Shown: one piece after another, positions 39,332-49,302 of the stretch | Numbering within the stretch: the stretch's first letter is position 1 | Layout: each line of letters begins with the position of its first letter | Assembly (NCBI GenBank): GCA_020851375.1 | Contig: JADZCV010000044.1 | Location: 192,285-256,284 of the forward strand | Reading direction: 5' to 3' | Length of the DNA stretch: 64,000 nucleotides | Source of the DNA: Nitrospirota bacterium | GTDB taxonomy: Bacteria > Nitrospirota > 9FT-COMBO-42-15 > HDB-SIOI813 | Program-made: the position numbers and the translations under genes | Notes under the pieces: generated by a model | The model's input: only the letters and a program-made list of their open reading frames with translations | What the model was told of the DNA's origin: nothing | Database searches by the model: none

Positions 39332-41314
39332 TCATCTGATAAACACACTCACAGGTTCCATGGACCACGCCAATGTATAAACATTTCCTCCATGAATATG
39401 CCTCTCCCCAGGAACGGCATTCACAGAAATAATCGCGCATGGAGTAAAAGATGCACCTGCAGATGATTTGACTGCAGAGATATTTTTTACTCCTATGTGT
39501 TCAATCCGGGTCTTCTGTCCATGATCAGCTTGCAGCAGCGCCCAGAATGGGTATTCCCAATCATCCCCTCCCATATATAATCCAATGTCCCGGCATTTCT
39601 GAGACCTGACAAAGGCCGCCGCCTCCCTGTACGGGGTTCCGAGATTCCGCCGGATGCTGAAGTATTGATCAGTCCTGTCACTGGTCAGGATGCTCCTGCC
39701 TTCTGTAAGTGGGATAGGCCTGCTCCCGTAAATCCATGATGGAAACATTGAGACGATATGCCCGGGTGCAATAACGGGGCGGGATACGTTGAAAAAAATC
39801 CAGGGGAGGGCTGATAAAATCAGGATGATCCCTGTCACTTCAGCTAACCTTGCACTTAAGACATCAGACAGCACCACGGCAACAAATGCCGACAGCAGAA
39901 CAAACAGCGGCAGGTGCAGGCGGCTATGCCAGGGCTGCCACTTAAGACAGAGGCTGAACAAGAGGAAAGCGCTACTGACCGCAGCAAAGTAGTACAGGAG
40001 GATCCGTCTGCGGAGTAAATCCCTTTTAATAAAAAGTAGTGCGATGGCAATCCATACTATGAGAAGGTGAACAGGATTTCCCGAAAAGTCTTCAAGCGGC
40101 GCCAATGGCGGGATATGGAATTTTGTCCCGGCCAATGTAGTGCGGGCATCGTTTATCTCCATGCCCATAAGGGTATGAAGCCGGGCAATTCCCCCCTCCA
40201 CTGCAGAGTTAAGCCTTTCAACAGGCGTGCTCATGTGCAGTCCCACGTTTCTGGTTATATTGGAAATCAGGGCCGGCAGTGTATAGGCTTCATTTACAAA
40301 TTTTAATTCCCCGTATGCTCCTTCAGCGCCAGGACCCAGGGGGGAGCCGTACAGATCAAGATTACGGGAATAATGCCCCAGATTGAGGATGACGGCAATG
40401 ACTATCATAAAGCTGATGGATTTCCATGCCTTCCAGCGAAACCTTTGGAAACCCGAACAAATAAGCCAGACCAGGAATGGAAATGTATAAAGATAGGCTG
40501 TCCCCTTTGTCAGCAGGGCAAGACCCAGGCTGCATGCCGCTCCCGCAGACCAGATACTGCCGGCCTGCCCACCCCTCAATTGCATAGTGCAGCAGACGAA
40601 AGAGACCAGCCAGAAAGAGATGACATAATCATTCTGGGTACCTGACGCCTGAAGGATACCCATCGGGATCGTTACAGTGATAACGGCAGCGAGGATCTGG
40701 CTGCGCATATCTCCGCCAAGTTGTTGAACAATCAGCGTAACCCCGATTATACTGCCAATCATACTGAACCATTGAACCAGATTGGCAAACCAATCTCCGG
40801 AGCTTAAAATCTGCAGGTGTGTTACGGCAAATTCAGCCCAGGGGCTTAAATACAACTGCCTTGGGATCGGTGTGGGATAGAACGAAACACTCTGGTTTTG
40901 AATCCAGTGTGCGACCCGGCTCATGTGATAGGTCATGGAATCCCAGTTGTTCGGAGGCGATGCGAGGGCAATCAAACCAGTGACTGAAACAATAAAAATG
41001 ACACCGAATAACCACACATAGGGAATCCTGGATGACCAGGAACTCTTAAACTGTCTGGCCGGATACCTCCTGTTTGTGATCAGGATAATCAAAGCAGCGA
41101 TACAGGCCAGTGTCCAGAGTCCGATCACCCATTCATACACAAGGGCATGAAAAAGACTCAGGATTTCAGTAAAAATTACAAGCAGGACTCCACAGACAAT
41201 GGAGGCAAGTATGAAAGAGCTGCGCCAGTCAAGTCTGTCCGGCATCCTGTAAATTACAAGGAAAATAGCTATGAAACAAAGCAAAGGAATTATTGCCGGT
41301 ATAACTGACATCAA
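39332..41314 (-). CDS. large polytopic membrane protein (possible GT-C fold glycosyltransferase or polymerase/ligase-type enzyme)
   Basis: 660 aa, at least 12 hydrophobic segments plus about 180-aa C-terminal soluble region; first gene of the long co-directional operon. No family motif recognised. Confidence 0.35.
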   Translation of the reverse strand: MMSVIPAIIPLLCFIAIFLVIYRMPDRLDWRSSFILASIVCGVLLVIFTEILSLFHALVYEWVIGLWTLACIAALIILITNRRYPARQFKSSWSSRIPYVWLFGVIFIVSVTGLIALASPPNNWDSMTYHMSRVAHWIQNQSVSFYPTPIPRQLYLSPWAEFAVTHLQILSSGDWFANLVQWFSMIGSIIGVTLIVQQLGGDMRSQILAAVITVTIPMGILQASGTQNDYVISFWLVSFVCCTMQLRGGQAGSIWSAGAACSLGLALLTKGTAYLYTFPFLVWLICSGFQRFRWKAWKSISFMIVIAVILNLGHYSRNLDLYGSPLGPGAEGAYGELKFVNEAYTLPALISNITRNVGLHMSTPVERLNSAVEGGIARLHTLMGMEINDARTTLAGTKFHIPPLAPLEDFSGNPVHLLIVWIAIALLFIKRDLLRRRILLYYFAAVSSAFLLFSLCLKWQPWHSRLHLPLFVLLSAFVAVVLSDVLSARLAEVTGIILILSALPWIFFNVSRPVIAPGHIVSMFPSWIYGSRPIPLTEGRSILTSDRTDQYFSIRRNLGTPYREAAAFVRSQKCRDIGLYMGGDDWEYPFWALLQADHGQKTRIEHIGVKNISAVKSSAGASFTPCAIISVNAVPGERHIHGGNVYTLAWSMEPVSVFIR

Positions 41315-41473
41315 TTAAGCAACCTATAGTTTATCACAGGCAGGTTCAAAGATCCTCTGATTCGCGCTGAATCCCTTTGATCTTCAGGCAGGCTGCCGCC
41401 ATTACGGGCGCCCCCGTCCATGAGAAATCCGGGTATGAAACCTTTCCTGAAACCCCTGCTCCCTTCCTGCCTT
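41315..41473 (-). promoter_or_regulatory. probable promoter/leader region of the polysaccharide operon
   Basis: 159-bp non-coding gap immediately upstream of the first gene (39332..41314) of a roughly 41-kb minus-strand gene train with almost no other gaps. Confidence 0.3.
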
Positions 41474-42154
41474 TTACTGCAGAAAACAGATCCGATTCGC
41501 TTCTACACCATATTGCCGCAAATGTTCCGCTGCGCTCTCAACCGATTCGTCGGCCGTGATTATCAGCCGGTCAAACGCAATCTGCCGGAGTACATCAACC
41601 GGCAGAACCCTGTAGCCAAGGAACTTCCTTCCTGTCCCAACATCATCCACAATAGCCACAAGGTCCAGTGAGCTGTTCTGAAGCGCCATCAACGCAATCT
41701 CCGTGACAACCGTTGTCTTATAGAAGACGATGGACTCCACGCCCTCCATTTCCATGGCCCTCAGAAAGTCTCCAACCCTTTCACGGGCCTCTGTGAAGAC
41801 CTGATAAGACTTTTTCAGGTAGCGATATGCGAGAACACTCTTTTCGGCTATTCCCATTGGGGTCAGCAGGTAGTGAAGGCGCTTTCTCTCTGCCTGAGTA
41901 ATCTGGATGTAGCCCTCTCTGGCCAGGCGATTGAGGTAACTGTTGACCATTCCCAGGCCTATGCCAAGTTTTTTGCTGAGGGCCCTTTGGGTAACGGAAT
42001 CACCCTTTGCGATTTCATCAAGTATCTGGAGGGTATGTACGGAATTTAAATGATCTTCTTTATTGTTCTGATGCATCATCATTCTTAGAGAATGTTTTAC
42101 ATATGAACATAGCAATATTGATGCCACCTGAAAGAGAATGACATATTTCACCAA
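41474..42154 (-). CDS. winged-helix transcriptional regulator with C-terminal domain of unknown function
   Basis: DSVTQRALSKKLGIGLGMVNSYLNRLAREGYIQ is HTH plus wing-like. Start may be the internal MMMHQNNK (about 42082). It sits between the polysaccharide block and the TMTC-like block. Confidence 0.5.
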   Translation of the reverse strand: MVKYVILFQVASILLCSYVKHSLRMMMHQNNKEDHLNSVHTLQILDEIAKGDSVTQRALSKKLGIGLGMVNSYLNRLAREGYIQITQAERKRLHYLLTPMGIAEKSVLAYRYLKKSYQVFTEARERVGDFLRAMEMEGVESIVFYKTTVVTEIALMALQNSSLDLVAIVDDVGTGRKFLGYRVLPVDVLRQIAFDRLIITADESVESAAEHLRQYGVEANRICFLQ

Positions 42155-42353
42155 TTAATCAAGAAGTTATTTTATTTTACCATAAAAATTGGTATCAATG
42201 AAGTACAGTTTTTTGCTCGACATGATTGTTTAATTTATTCTTTATGTTTTTTTTTAGAACATCAAATCTAAAGAGAGGTCTCAGCATAAAGATTCTTGCT
42301 TAAAAATCAAATAGTTATGAAATAATGACCCTAAATTACCAACCCCTGTATCC
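42155..42353 (-). promoter_or_regulatory. AT-rich intergenic region, probable promoter of the regulator gene
   Basis: About 200 bp of strongly AT-rich non-coding sequence (tttttttagaacatcaaatctaaag...) upstream of 41474..42154. Confidence 0.3.
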
Positions 42354-44237
42354 TTATTTCACACCCTTCTTTAGCCCATAGGCACGCCTGAGATTGTTTT
42401 CCGCCTCTGCAAAACCAGGCTTCACACTCAAGGCAGTCCTGAATTCTGCGATTGCATCGTCTATACGGCCCTGATTGGCATATATGATCCCTATGTTATT
42501 ATATGCCTCGGCAGAATCAGGCTTCAGTCTGATCGTTGTCCTGAATTCTTCTTGGGCCTTGTCCGGATGTCCCTTCCTGAGCCAGGCAAGACCAAGATTA
42601 AAGTGGGCCCAGGCAAGCCCAGGATTCAGGTTTATGGCAGTTGTAAATTCCTCAATCGCCCTGGCCGTATCCCCTTTGGCTGAATAGGCAAGTCCAAGGT
42701 TTAGGTGGCTCAGTGCAACTTCAGGTTTCAGTCTTAAGGCAGTCTTATACTCCTCTATCGCCTCGTCTATCCTGCCCTGACTATAGTAAACAAGCGCCAG
42801 GTTATTATGGACGCTTGCTATCCCTGGTTTGAGCCTTATGGCAGTCCTGTATTCCCTGACCGCCTCCTCTGCCAGCCCCTGGTTAAATGAGGCATACGCA
42901 AGGTTCGAGTGCGTCCTTGCCTTAAGCGGGCTCTTACTCACAACATCCCTCCAGAGGGTTACGTGATCTTTCCAGACACGGTTTCTCTGATAAGAAGCCA
43001 CTGAAAGTGGCAGCACTGTAACCACAGCAAGTATCAGTACGGCAATCCGCAGAGACACCCGGCTGCCTGATTGTCTTCTCCAATAATCAATCCCATAAAT
43101 CATCGCCGAACAAAAGGCAGACGATGCCCCGGCAAACGGCAGATAGAGCCTGTGCTCGAAGATCACATCCCTGATGGGAATGACGCCCGACTCCACAGAC
43201 AGGGTGATAAAAAACCAGAATATCCCGAAAGAGCTCAGCAGGAGATAACCGTTCCTGCCTTTACGTGACCGGATAAAAAGCCAGACCGCAAGCCCAAAGA
43301 TGGCCAGGAGAAACATAAAAGACAAAAAGACCCCTGGTGCAGCAAAGGAGTGTAATACCGGGTAGTCGTAATCGAGATTCTGCCTTACCGGAAGCACCAG
43401 CAGCCTGATGTAGGTCACAATGACCCTGAACTGTGTCATCAGATAATCACCCCGTGAGATGCTCTCCGTCTCCTGGGCAGCATCTCTCACCTCTCCCACA
43501 ATATCCCCAATAGGCTTATCCGTATCCAGATTTATGAAGACTAATGGAATGATAGACAGGGTCAGGAGGAAGGGGATCAGAAAAAACGGCCTCTTCCACC
43601 TGTTTCCAAAAAAGAAAAACTCGTAAAGGAGGATAATAAAAGGGAGGGTAATGCTGATCTCCTTTGTCCTCATGGCAAGGACAGCAGCAAGTATTGAAAA
43701 GACATAATATATGCCCCTGAACCTGCTGCCTGGCTCAAGCGACTGCAGCCTCCACTTTGCAAAAAGCGCTACAGAAAGGAGATAAAACAGAGTTGCAAGG
43801 GAGGTATACCTCTGGACTATATAGGTCACAGCCTGTGTCTGTACAGGGTGGGCTACAAAGAGGAGGGCTGCTATCAGTGCAATGAACCCGCCGGATTGCT
43901 GCAGGCTGCCGGAGCCGCCCCCCATCCCCGGAGACCTGAATGTCAGGGTGATAAGCCACCATACGAGGATACCGTTTATAATGTGGATGACGATATTAAC
44001 CAGGTGATAGCCGGTAACGTTCAGTCCCCCAAAATAGTAGTTTAGGGCAAAAGAGAGTGTCCCTATGAAGCGTACCCCTTCTAAATCAGAAAATTTTGAG
44101 AGTTCTCTTATCTTCTGATATTCAATAATCTCAAAGTTGTCATCGAAGTGGAATGGGGATGAGAGGGTATTTGAATAGATTAAAACGGCTGATAGCGCAA
44201 TGAAGATTACAGGAATGACAAAACGGTATCTTGTCAA
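42354..44237 (-). CDS. TMTC-like protein: N-terminal polytopic membrane domain (DUF1736/PMT-like) fused to C-terminal TPR repeats
   Basis: About 10 TM segments with first-loop SSPFHFDDNFEI acidic motif; C-terminal 6 TPRs (LGLAYSAKGDTARAIEEF..., AEAYNNIGIIYANQGRIDDAIAEF...). Confidence 0.7.
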   Translation of the reverse strand: MTRYRFVIPVIFIALSAVLIYSNTLSSPFHFDDNFEIIEYQKIRELSKFSDLEGVRFIGTLSFALNYYFGGLNVTGYHLVNIVIHIINGILVWWLITLTFRSPGMGGGSGSLQQSGGFIALIAALLFVAHPVQTQAVTYIVQRYTSLATLFYLLSVALFAKWRLQSLEPGSRFRGIYYVFSILAAVLAMRTKEISITLPFIILLYEFFFFGNRWKRPFFLIPFLLTLSIIPLVFINLDTDKPIGDIVGEVRDAAQETESISRGDYLMTQFRVIVTYIRLLVLPVRQNLDYDYPVLHSFAAPGVFLSFMFLLAIFGLAVWLFIRSRKGRNGYLLLSSFGIFWFFITLSVESGVIPIRDVIFEHRLYLPFAGASSAFCSAMIYGIDYWRRQSGSRVSLRIAVLILAVVTVLPLSVASYQRNRVWKDHVTLWRDVVSKSPLKARTHSNLAYASFNQGLAEEAVREYRTAIRLKPGIASVHNNLALVYYSQGRIDEAIEEYKTALRLKPEVALSHLNLGLAYSAKGDTARAIEEFTTAINLNPGLAWAHFNLGLAWLRKGHPDKAQEEFRTTIRLKPDSAEAYNNIGIIYANQGRIDDAIAEFRTALSVKPGFAEAENNLRRAYGLKKGVK

Positions 44238-45913
44238 TTAGCCCCCCCTGAGTCCCCGTTATTGTAATTAATTTTATACAACACAAGAAGGTATTCCTCA
44301 GGGTCTTCTTTGGAGCTTATCCAGAAGACCTTCTCCATTTCAGGCACATTGACACCCTGATCCAGTAAAAATGACAACTCTGGCCGGAGCGCTACGGTGT
44401 TCCTGTCCACGCTTAAGATATCAACATGCCTGTTTTTTGCAAATTTCAATATCTCCTGATATTCTCCGTAAGGCAACACAACCCAGTCAGCGCCTGCATA
44501 CCAGGGGACAAAAGGGGACCTCGCCATTATAGTTGCATTATCTGGACCCCGTTTTATCACACGTTTTTTAATTTCTGTCCCTGCCAATTCAGATAATTCG
44601 GTCTTATGCTTTAAGGCAGCCAGGGTATGTTTTGTATTGATCAGACCCTTTTTATTACTCATCAAAATAAATCCAAGACACAAAAAAGATATAATCATTC
44701 CTGCATGTCTTAATCTGACTTTCTCTGCAAGATGACATATCTTGCATATCCCTCCTACTGCCCATACACCCAGGACCGGAATCAGGGGAACAAGGTATCT
44801 TTCCGGTCCAATAGCGCCGGTAAAGCCCCCTGCAAGGCTATAGAAAAGTATATATAAGATTACGTAGACACCGGGAAACAGTATAGCCCAGGCAGCGCCA
44901 TCACCCCCCCCTTTCCAATAAAATGCCGCTGCCACGAGGCCTATGAAGACAAAGACCAAAAACACTGTCCCCAGTATAAGGTGAATGGATTTCGCAATCT
45001 CTGTCCAATTGATTGCAACTCTCTTTAAAATAAAATCTGAGTGTCTTAAAACGTCCCCTATGGAGACGGGGGTTTTCATATCGTCAACAAAGGCATAACC
45101 TGTGCCGTCTTGATTGATCCTGCCCAGGAACCACTCACGTTCCATGTCATCCCGTAAATCAGGCATCATCAACTGACGGGTGATACTGTGTGCTGGCAGG
45201 CCGGAGACATTTCTTAGATCAAGGGACATGATCATTTTTAAAGGTCCTGCAATCAATAAAATTCCGAGGATCAGGAGCGCTGCATTCCTGATTATATTTG
45301 AAACCGGCTGCCTGTTAAACCATCTGTCCGCTATCACCCAGCAGATTGAGATAAAAGGGATGATAATACCAACATCACGCGTCATCCATGCAGCCCCGCT
45401 GAGCATCCCTGCAGCACACCACATCCACGGTATTTTACTCTTCAGTGCGCTATAGGTGACAAATATGCTGGCAAGGAAAATCAGGGTAAACAATGCCTCG
45501 GTTAATGGAAGTGATGAATATAATAGATAATATGGGTTTAGAATAGTTACAGGTACAATAAACCATGCAACCCTTTCTCTATAAAAACATCTTGTCAGAA
45601 AAAATACCGGGATCACAAGAAGTGTTGACGCTGCAATAGATACTATAGTCCCTGCCCTTTCAAAGCCTGTGAAAAACCACTCTGAAATTGCCACTATCAA
45701 TGGATATAGCGGGGGGGCGGTGTATGCACCTCTTAACCAGTGATCAATATGCCAATGGCCTTTCTGAATCTCCTGGGCCATCCTTAAGTACATGGTAGCA
45801 TCCGTCATACTGATGCGCCAGGGGCTGAGATATGCCACAAGAATAGCTGTACACAACATTAAAATACCTGTGGGTAGAAAAACTGAAAGGAGCTTAGATG
45901 ACTTGTCCCTCAT
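44234..45913 (-). CDS. ArnT/PMT-family (COG1807-like) GT-C membrane glycosyltransferase
   Basis: 559 aa, about 11 TM segments with large loops; general architecture of dolichyl/undecaprenyl-phosphate-sugar dependent GT-C enzymes. 4-nt overlaps with both flanking TMTC-like genes. Confidence 0.5.
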   Translation of the reverse strand: MRDKSSKLLSVFLPTGILMLCTAILVAYLSPWRISMTDATMYLRMAQEIQKGHWHIDHWLRGAYTAPPLYPLIVAISEWFFTGFERAGTIVSIAASTLLVIPVFFLTRCFYRERVAWFIVPVTILNPYYLLYSSLPLTEALFTLIFLASIFVTYSALKSKIPWMWCAAGMLSGAAWMTRDVGIIIPFISICWVIADRWFNRQPVSNIIRNAALLILGILLIAGPLKMIMSLDLRNVSGLPAHSITRQLMMPDLRDDMEREWFLGRINQDGTGYAFVDDMKTPVSIGDVLRHSDFILKRVAINWTEIAKSIHLILGTVFLVFVFIGLVAAAFYWKGGGDGAAWAILFPGVYVILYILFYSLAGGFTGAIGPERYLVPLIPVLGVWAVGGICKICHLAEKVRLRHAGMIISFLCLGFILMSNKKGLINTKHTLAALKHKTELSELAGTEIKKRVIKRGPDNATIMARSPFVPWYAGADWVVLPYGEYQEILKFAKNRHVDILSVDRNTVALRPELSFLLDQGVNVPEMEKVFWISSKEDPEEYLLVLYKINYNNGDSGGAN

Positions 45914-47649
45914 TTCTTCTTTTCCCCGGTACTATCCAGGAGGGCCTGAAGACGCACCCTCGTTTCCGCATGTGAGGGGTCCAGGGCAGCGGCATTCTGA
46001 TAGGCACGAATCGCCTCCTCGAACCTCCCCTCCTTCGTGTAGAGCACTCCCAGGTTAAAGAATGGCAGGTAGTTGTTGCTGTGACGCTGTATTGCCTTCA
46101 TAAAGATCTCTTCTGCAAGCCCCGGCCTGTTCTGTTCATAGTATATGATCCCGAGGTCATTATATATCTGCAGATTACCCGGATTGCCTTTAAGCAGATC
46201 TTCCAGTTCAGTGGCCGCAAGGTCCAGTTTCCCCTGGACTATATATATCTGGGCAAGGTTGTGTCTCGCTGTCAGACTCTCCTGTCCATCATGGATCGAG
46301 ATACTTGTGCGCAATGACTCAATGGCCTGATCATACATCTTCATGTCTTTGTATGCAATCCCAAGTCCTGCATGTGCGATGGATGAACCCGGGGCCTTTT
46401 TTACTGTATCTGTCCAGAGGGTCAGGTCATCCCTCCACTCCGTGTTCCGTATAATGGTCACTGCAGAATATGCTGCGCAAAGGGCAATCAAGAGAAACAG
46501 GGCAGCGGCCCGGGACACAGAACTACTCAATTTATCCAGGACAACACCTGCAAACACTGCCATAGTTATTATTGCCAGATATCCCCTGTGCTCCTGCAGT
46601 ATCAGGTTAAGGGGGATAACTGTCGTAGGCAGAAGCACGATAAAAAACCAGAACATGAAGAATGAAACAACCCGCCAGGACGCTGTGGATGACCGGAAAA
46701 GAAGCAGGGCAACTGCAGTATAGACAGAAAGCACAACTGCAGAAAAGATGACTGGAATCGTGACAGTCCTGTAGACCTCCATGTCGTGGACCAGGGTTAA
46801 TGGTATGGGGACAATAAACATCTGCAGATATTTAACAAGTGCAGGAAGTTCCGTAAAAAACTGGGTTACCGGATCCCTCTTAAATGAGTGAGGCGCCCCG
46901 CTGAAGGCAACCCCCCAGACATAGAGATAGGGTATGACCACAATAAGGATAAATGGAAGGTAGGGGGTATATTTGCGCCAGTCCTTTAAGTGGCGCTGTG
47001 CAGGGGTGCGTCGTTCCCGGAGGAGGTATACGTCATATAGCCATAATACGAGGGGAAGGGTGACGGCAGACTCCTTGCTCAGCATCCCTGCTGCAAAGGA
47101 AAGCAGGGATGCAATATAAAAAAAAAGGTTTAGATCCCTCCGGAACCTGACCCAGCAATAAAAGGCAGACAGATAGAAGAAACCGCTCATGACGCTGGAG
47201 CGCGTTGATATGTAATTTACGATCTCTGAGTTGAAGGGGTGGACGAGAAAGATGATGCCTGCTGACAGGGCCGCAAAAAAGGCCGGGGTGGTGAATATGG
47301 CCCGGACTATCAGAAAGAGCAGAAAGGCTGACCCGGCATGAAAGGCGAGGTTGACTATGTGGTATCCTGCAGGGTTTAGACCATTTACCCGGAAATTCAG
47401 TGCATAGGTCAACATCAGGAGGGGCCTGTACGGAGAGCCCCTTTTCATCCCCTCATTGCTGAATGTGGAGGGATCGGAAAAAAGGGAAGATAGCCCGGAC
47501 AGGTCCCGTATACCGGGATTCATGGTGATATGGTGGGCATCATCGTAGTGAAATGGATTGTGTATCGAGTTGTAGTAGAGCAGTCCTGCGATCAGTACAA
47601 AGGAAAGGAAGGTAGTGCAGACTATAACCCGGTTACTGTAACGACTCAT
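45910..47649 (-). CDS. TMTC-like protein (membrane domain + TPR), paralog 2
   Basis: First-loop HNPFHYDDAHHI motif, LVHPFNSEIVNYISTRSSVMSGFFYL block shared with the paralog at 62353, C-terminal TPRs (LGIAYKDMKMYDQAIESL...). Confidence 0.7.
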   Translation of the reverse strand: MSRYSNRVIVCTTFLSFVLIAGLLYYNSIHNPFHYDDAHHITMNPGIRDLSGLSSLFSDPSTFSNEGMKRGSPYRPLLMLTYALNFRVNGLNPAGYHIVNLAFHAGSAFLLFLIVRAIFTTPAFFAALSAGIIFLVHPFNSEIVNYISTRSSVMSGFFYLSAFYCWVRFRRDLNLFFYIASLLSFAAGMLSKESAVTLPLVLWLYDVYLLRERRTPAQRHLKDWRKYTPYLPFILIVVIPYLYVWGVAFSGAPHSFKRDPVTQFFTELPALVKYLQMFIVPIPLTLVHDMEVYRTVTIPVIFSAVVLSVYTAVALLLFRSSTASWRVVSFFMFWFFIVLLPTTVIPLNLILQEHRGYLAIITMAVFAGVVLDKLSSSVSRAAALFLLIALCAAYSAVTIIRNTEWRDDLTLWTDTVKKAPGSSIAHAGLGIAYKDMKMYDQAIESLRTSISIHDGQESLTARHNLAQIYIVQGKLDLAATELEDLLKGNPGNLQIYNDLGIIYYEQNRPGLAEEIFMKAIQRHSNNYLPFFNLGVLYTKEGRFEEAIRAYQNAAALDPSHAETRVRLQALLDSTGEKKK

Positions 47650-48443
47650 GGAGACTTAGCGCACCGGAAGCCCTGATCATAAGTAGTATGCCAGTCAAGC
47701 CCTCTCGTAGCAAGAGAGGACTCAATTGCATAACGGGAAGACGTTCGGGCATAACGATACAGGGGGGTCACGTACGACCCTCCACGCACTGACCTGTAAT
47801 TTCCACTGTAATATCCGTCCGGCAATGTATTTCCAGGATAGGCCTCATACCACCCGCCAGTCCACTCCCGCACATTACCGGTCATGTCATAGACTCCATA
47901 GGGGCTGACATCTTCAGGATAACTTCCAACAGGCGCACTCCATTTTCTACCTGACTCGAGGGTATTTGCCTTCCCTGCAGCATACTCATCCCCCCAGGAC
48001 CAGAGCCTGCCGTCCGTTCCACGGGCTGCCTTCTCCCACTCCGCCTCTAATGGGAGCCGCTTGCCAACCCATGTGCAATAGGCATCTGCATCCATCCAAT
48101 CTACATCAACGACCGGATGGTCATGCTCACCCTTTTCAAAGGTTCCCATCTCAGCCCAGGGAGCCGGGCGGTATACATTGTTTGTTTTAATTAGAAATTC
48201 ATAAAACTGGGCATTGGTGACCTCGTAACGGTCTATGTAAAAATCCTTTACATAAACCCTGTGCCTGGGGATTTCATCCACTCCTATCGTCATACCAAGC
48301 CGTCCTTCAGTTCCGCTGCTCCCCATCTCAAACCATCCAGCCGGTACAAAGACCATATTCTCCGGAGGTGAATTGCCGCGCATATTATACTGATGACTGC
48401 AGCCAAACAGTAGGGTTGCTAAAAGAAAGAGCACAGGAAGCAT
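47646..48443 (-). CDS. FGE-sulfatase (SUMF1/formylglycine-generating enzyme) domain lipoprotein, paralog A
   Basis: Lipobox MLPVLFLLATLLFGC at chosen start 48443 (the track start is 48614). Domain motifs RVYVKDFYIDRYEVTN, YCTWVGKRLPLEAEWEKAARGTDGRLWSWGDE, GVYDMTGNVREWT, RGGSY. Confidence 0.75.
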   Translation of the reverse strand: MLPVLFLLATLLFGCSHQYNMRGNSPPENMVFVPAGWFEMGSSGTEGRLGMTIGVDEIPRHRVYVKDFYIDRYEVTNAQFYEFLIKTNNVYRPAPWAEMGTFEKGEHDHPVVDVDWMDADAYCTWVGKRLPLEAEWEKAARGTDGRLWSWGDEYAAGKANTLESGRKWSAPVGSYPEDVSPYGVYDMTGNVREWTGGWYEAYPGNTLPDGYYSGNYRSVRGGSYVTPLYRYARTSSRYAIESSLATRGLDWHTTYDQGFRCAKSP

Positions 48444-48471
48444 CTTTTGTCTCCTTTCACCGGGAATATCA

Positions 48472-49302
48472 TCATAGACCATCCACAGCACACCGGAATC
48501 CGTGGGCCGGGTGGTCCCACTTTGGGGCAACTGCATGCCTGTAGGCACTCCTCGCAAAGGGCACGGACGGGTTCTCCCATGACCCGCCGCGTAAAACCTT
48601 GTATTTCTCACCAAATGCCTCCCTTTGAAGGGTACTGCCTGGATACGGCTTATACCATGATGATGTCCACTCCATCACACTCCCGGCCATATCGTAAATC
48701 CCGTAAGGGCTCACACCCTCAGGATAACTTCCGGCCGGTGTTGTCCAACCTGCTCGGGCCTCTCTCGTATTTGCCATTATCTTTCCTTCCGGACCAAAAA
48801 AATCATTTCCCCAGGGCCATTGACGGCCATCGGTTCCCCTTGCGGCCTTTTCCCACTCCTCTTCTGTCGGGAGCCTCTTACCAGCCCAACGGCAATAAGA
48901 ATCCGCATCATACCAGGATACGCCCTTCATCGGGTGAGTATCTTCCGGTTCAGGATAAACATTAATATATGACTCAATTGTCCATATCCTCGGGGCCTTT
49001 CTACCCGTGACATCCAAAAACCTCCTGTATTTCTCAACCGTAACCTCGAAACGGTCCATATAAAACCCATTCACATAGACACTGTGCTGAGGGATTTCAT
49101 CTACCCCCACTGATTGGCCAGGGATGCCATCATCTTCCCTGCTGCCCATAAGAAACCACCCTTCAGGTATATACACCATATCCGTGGTGTCTGGAACCGG
49201 TTTCACGCTGCTCACGGTATGAATGCACCCCGCAAGTAAGAGGACCGTCGTAAGACACACTGCAACCCGGCAGTTATTAATGAGCCCTGTCATCTTCCGC
49301 AC
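48472..49302 (-). CDS. FGE-sulfatase domain lipoprotein, paralog B
   Basis: Lipobox VCLTTVLLLAGC. Motifs YMDRFEVTVEKYRRF, YCRWAGKRLPTEEEWEKAARGTDGRQWPWGND, GIYDMAGSVMEWT, RGGSW. Confidence 0.75.
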   Translation of the reverse strand: MRKMTGLINNCRVAVCLTTVLLLAGCIHTVSSVKPVPDTTDMVYIPEGWFLMGSREDDGIPGQSVGVDEIPQHSVYVNGFYMDRFEVTVEKYRRFLDVTGRKAPRIWTIESYINVYPEPEDTHPMKGVSWYDADSYCRWAGKRLPTEEEWEKAARGTDGRQWPWGNDFFGPEGKIMANTREARAGWTTPAGSYPEGVSPYGIYDMAGSVMEWTSSWYKPYPGSTLQREAFGEKYKVLRGGSWENPSVPFARSAYRHAVAPKWDHPAHGFRCAVDGL

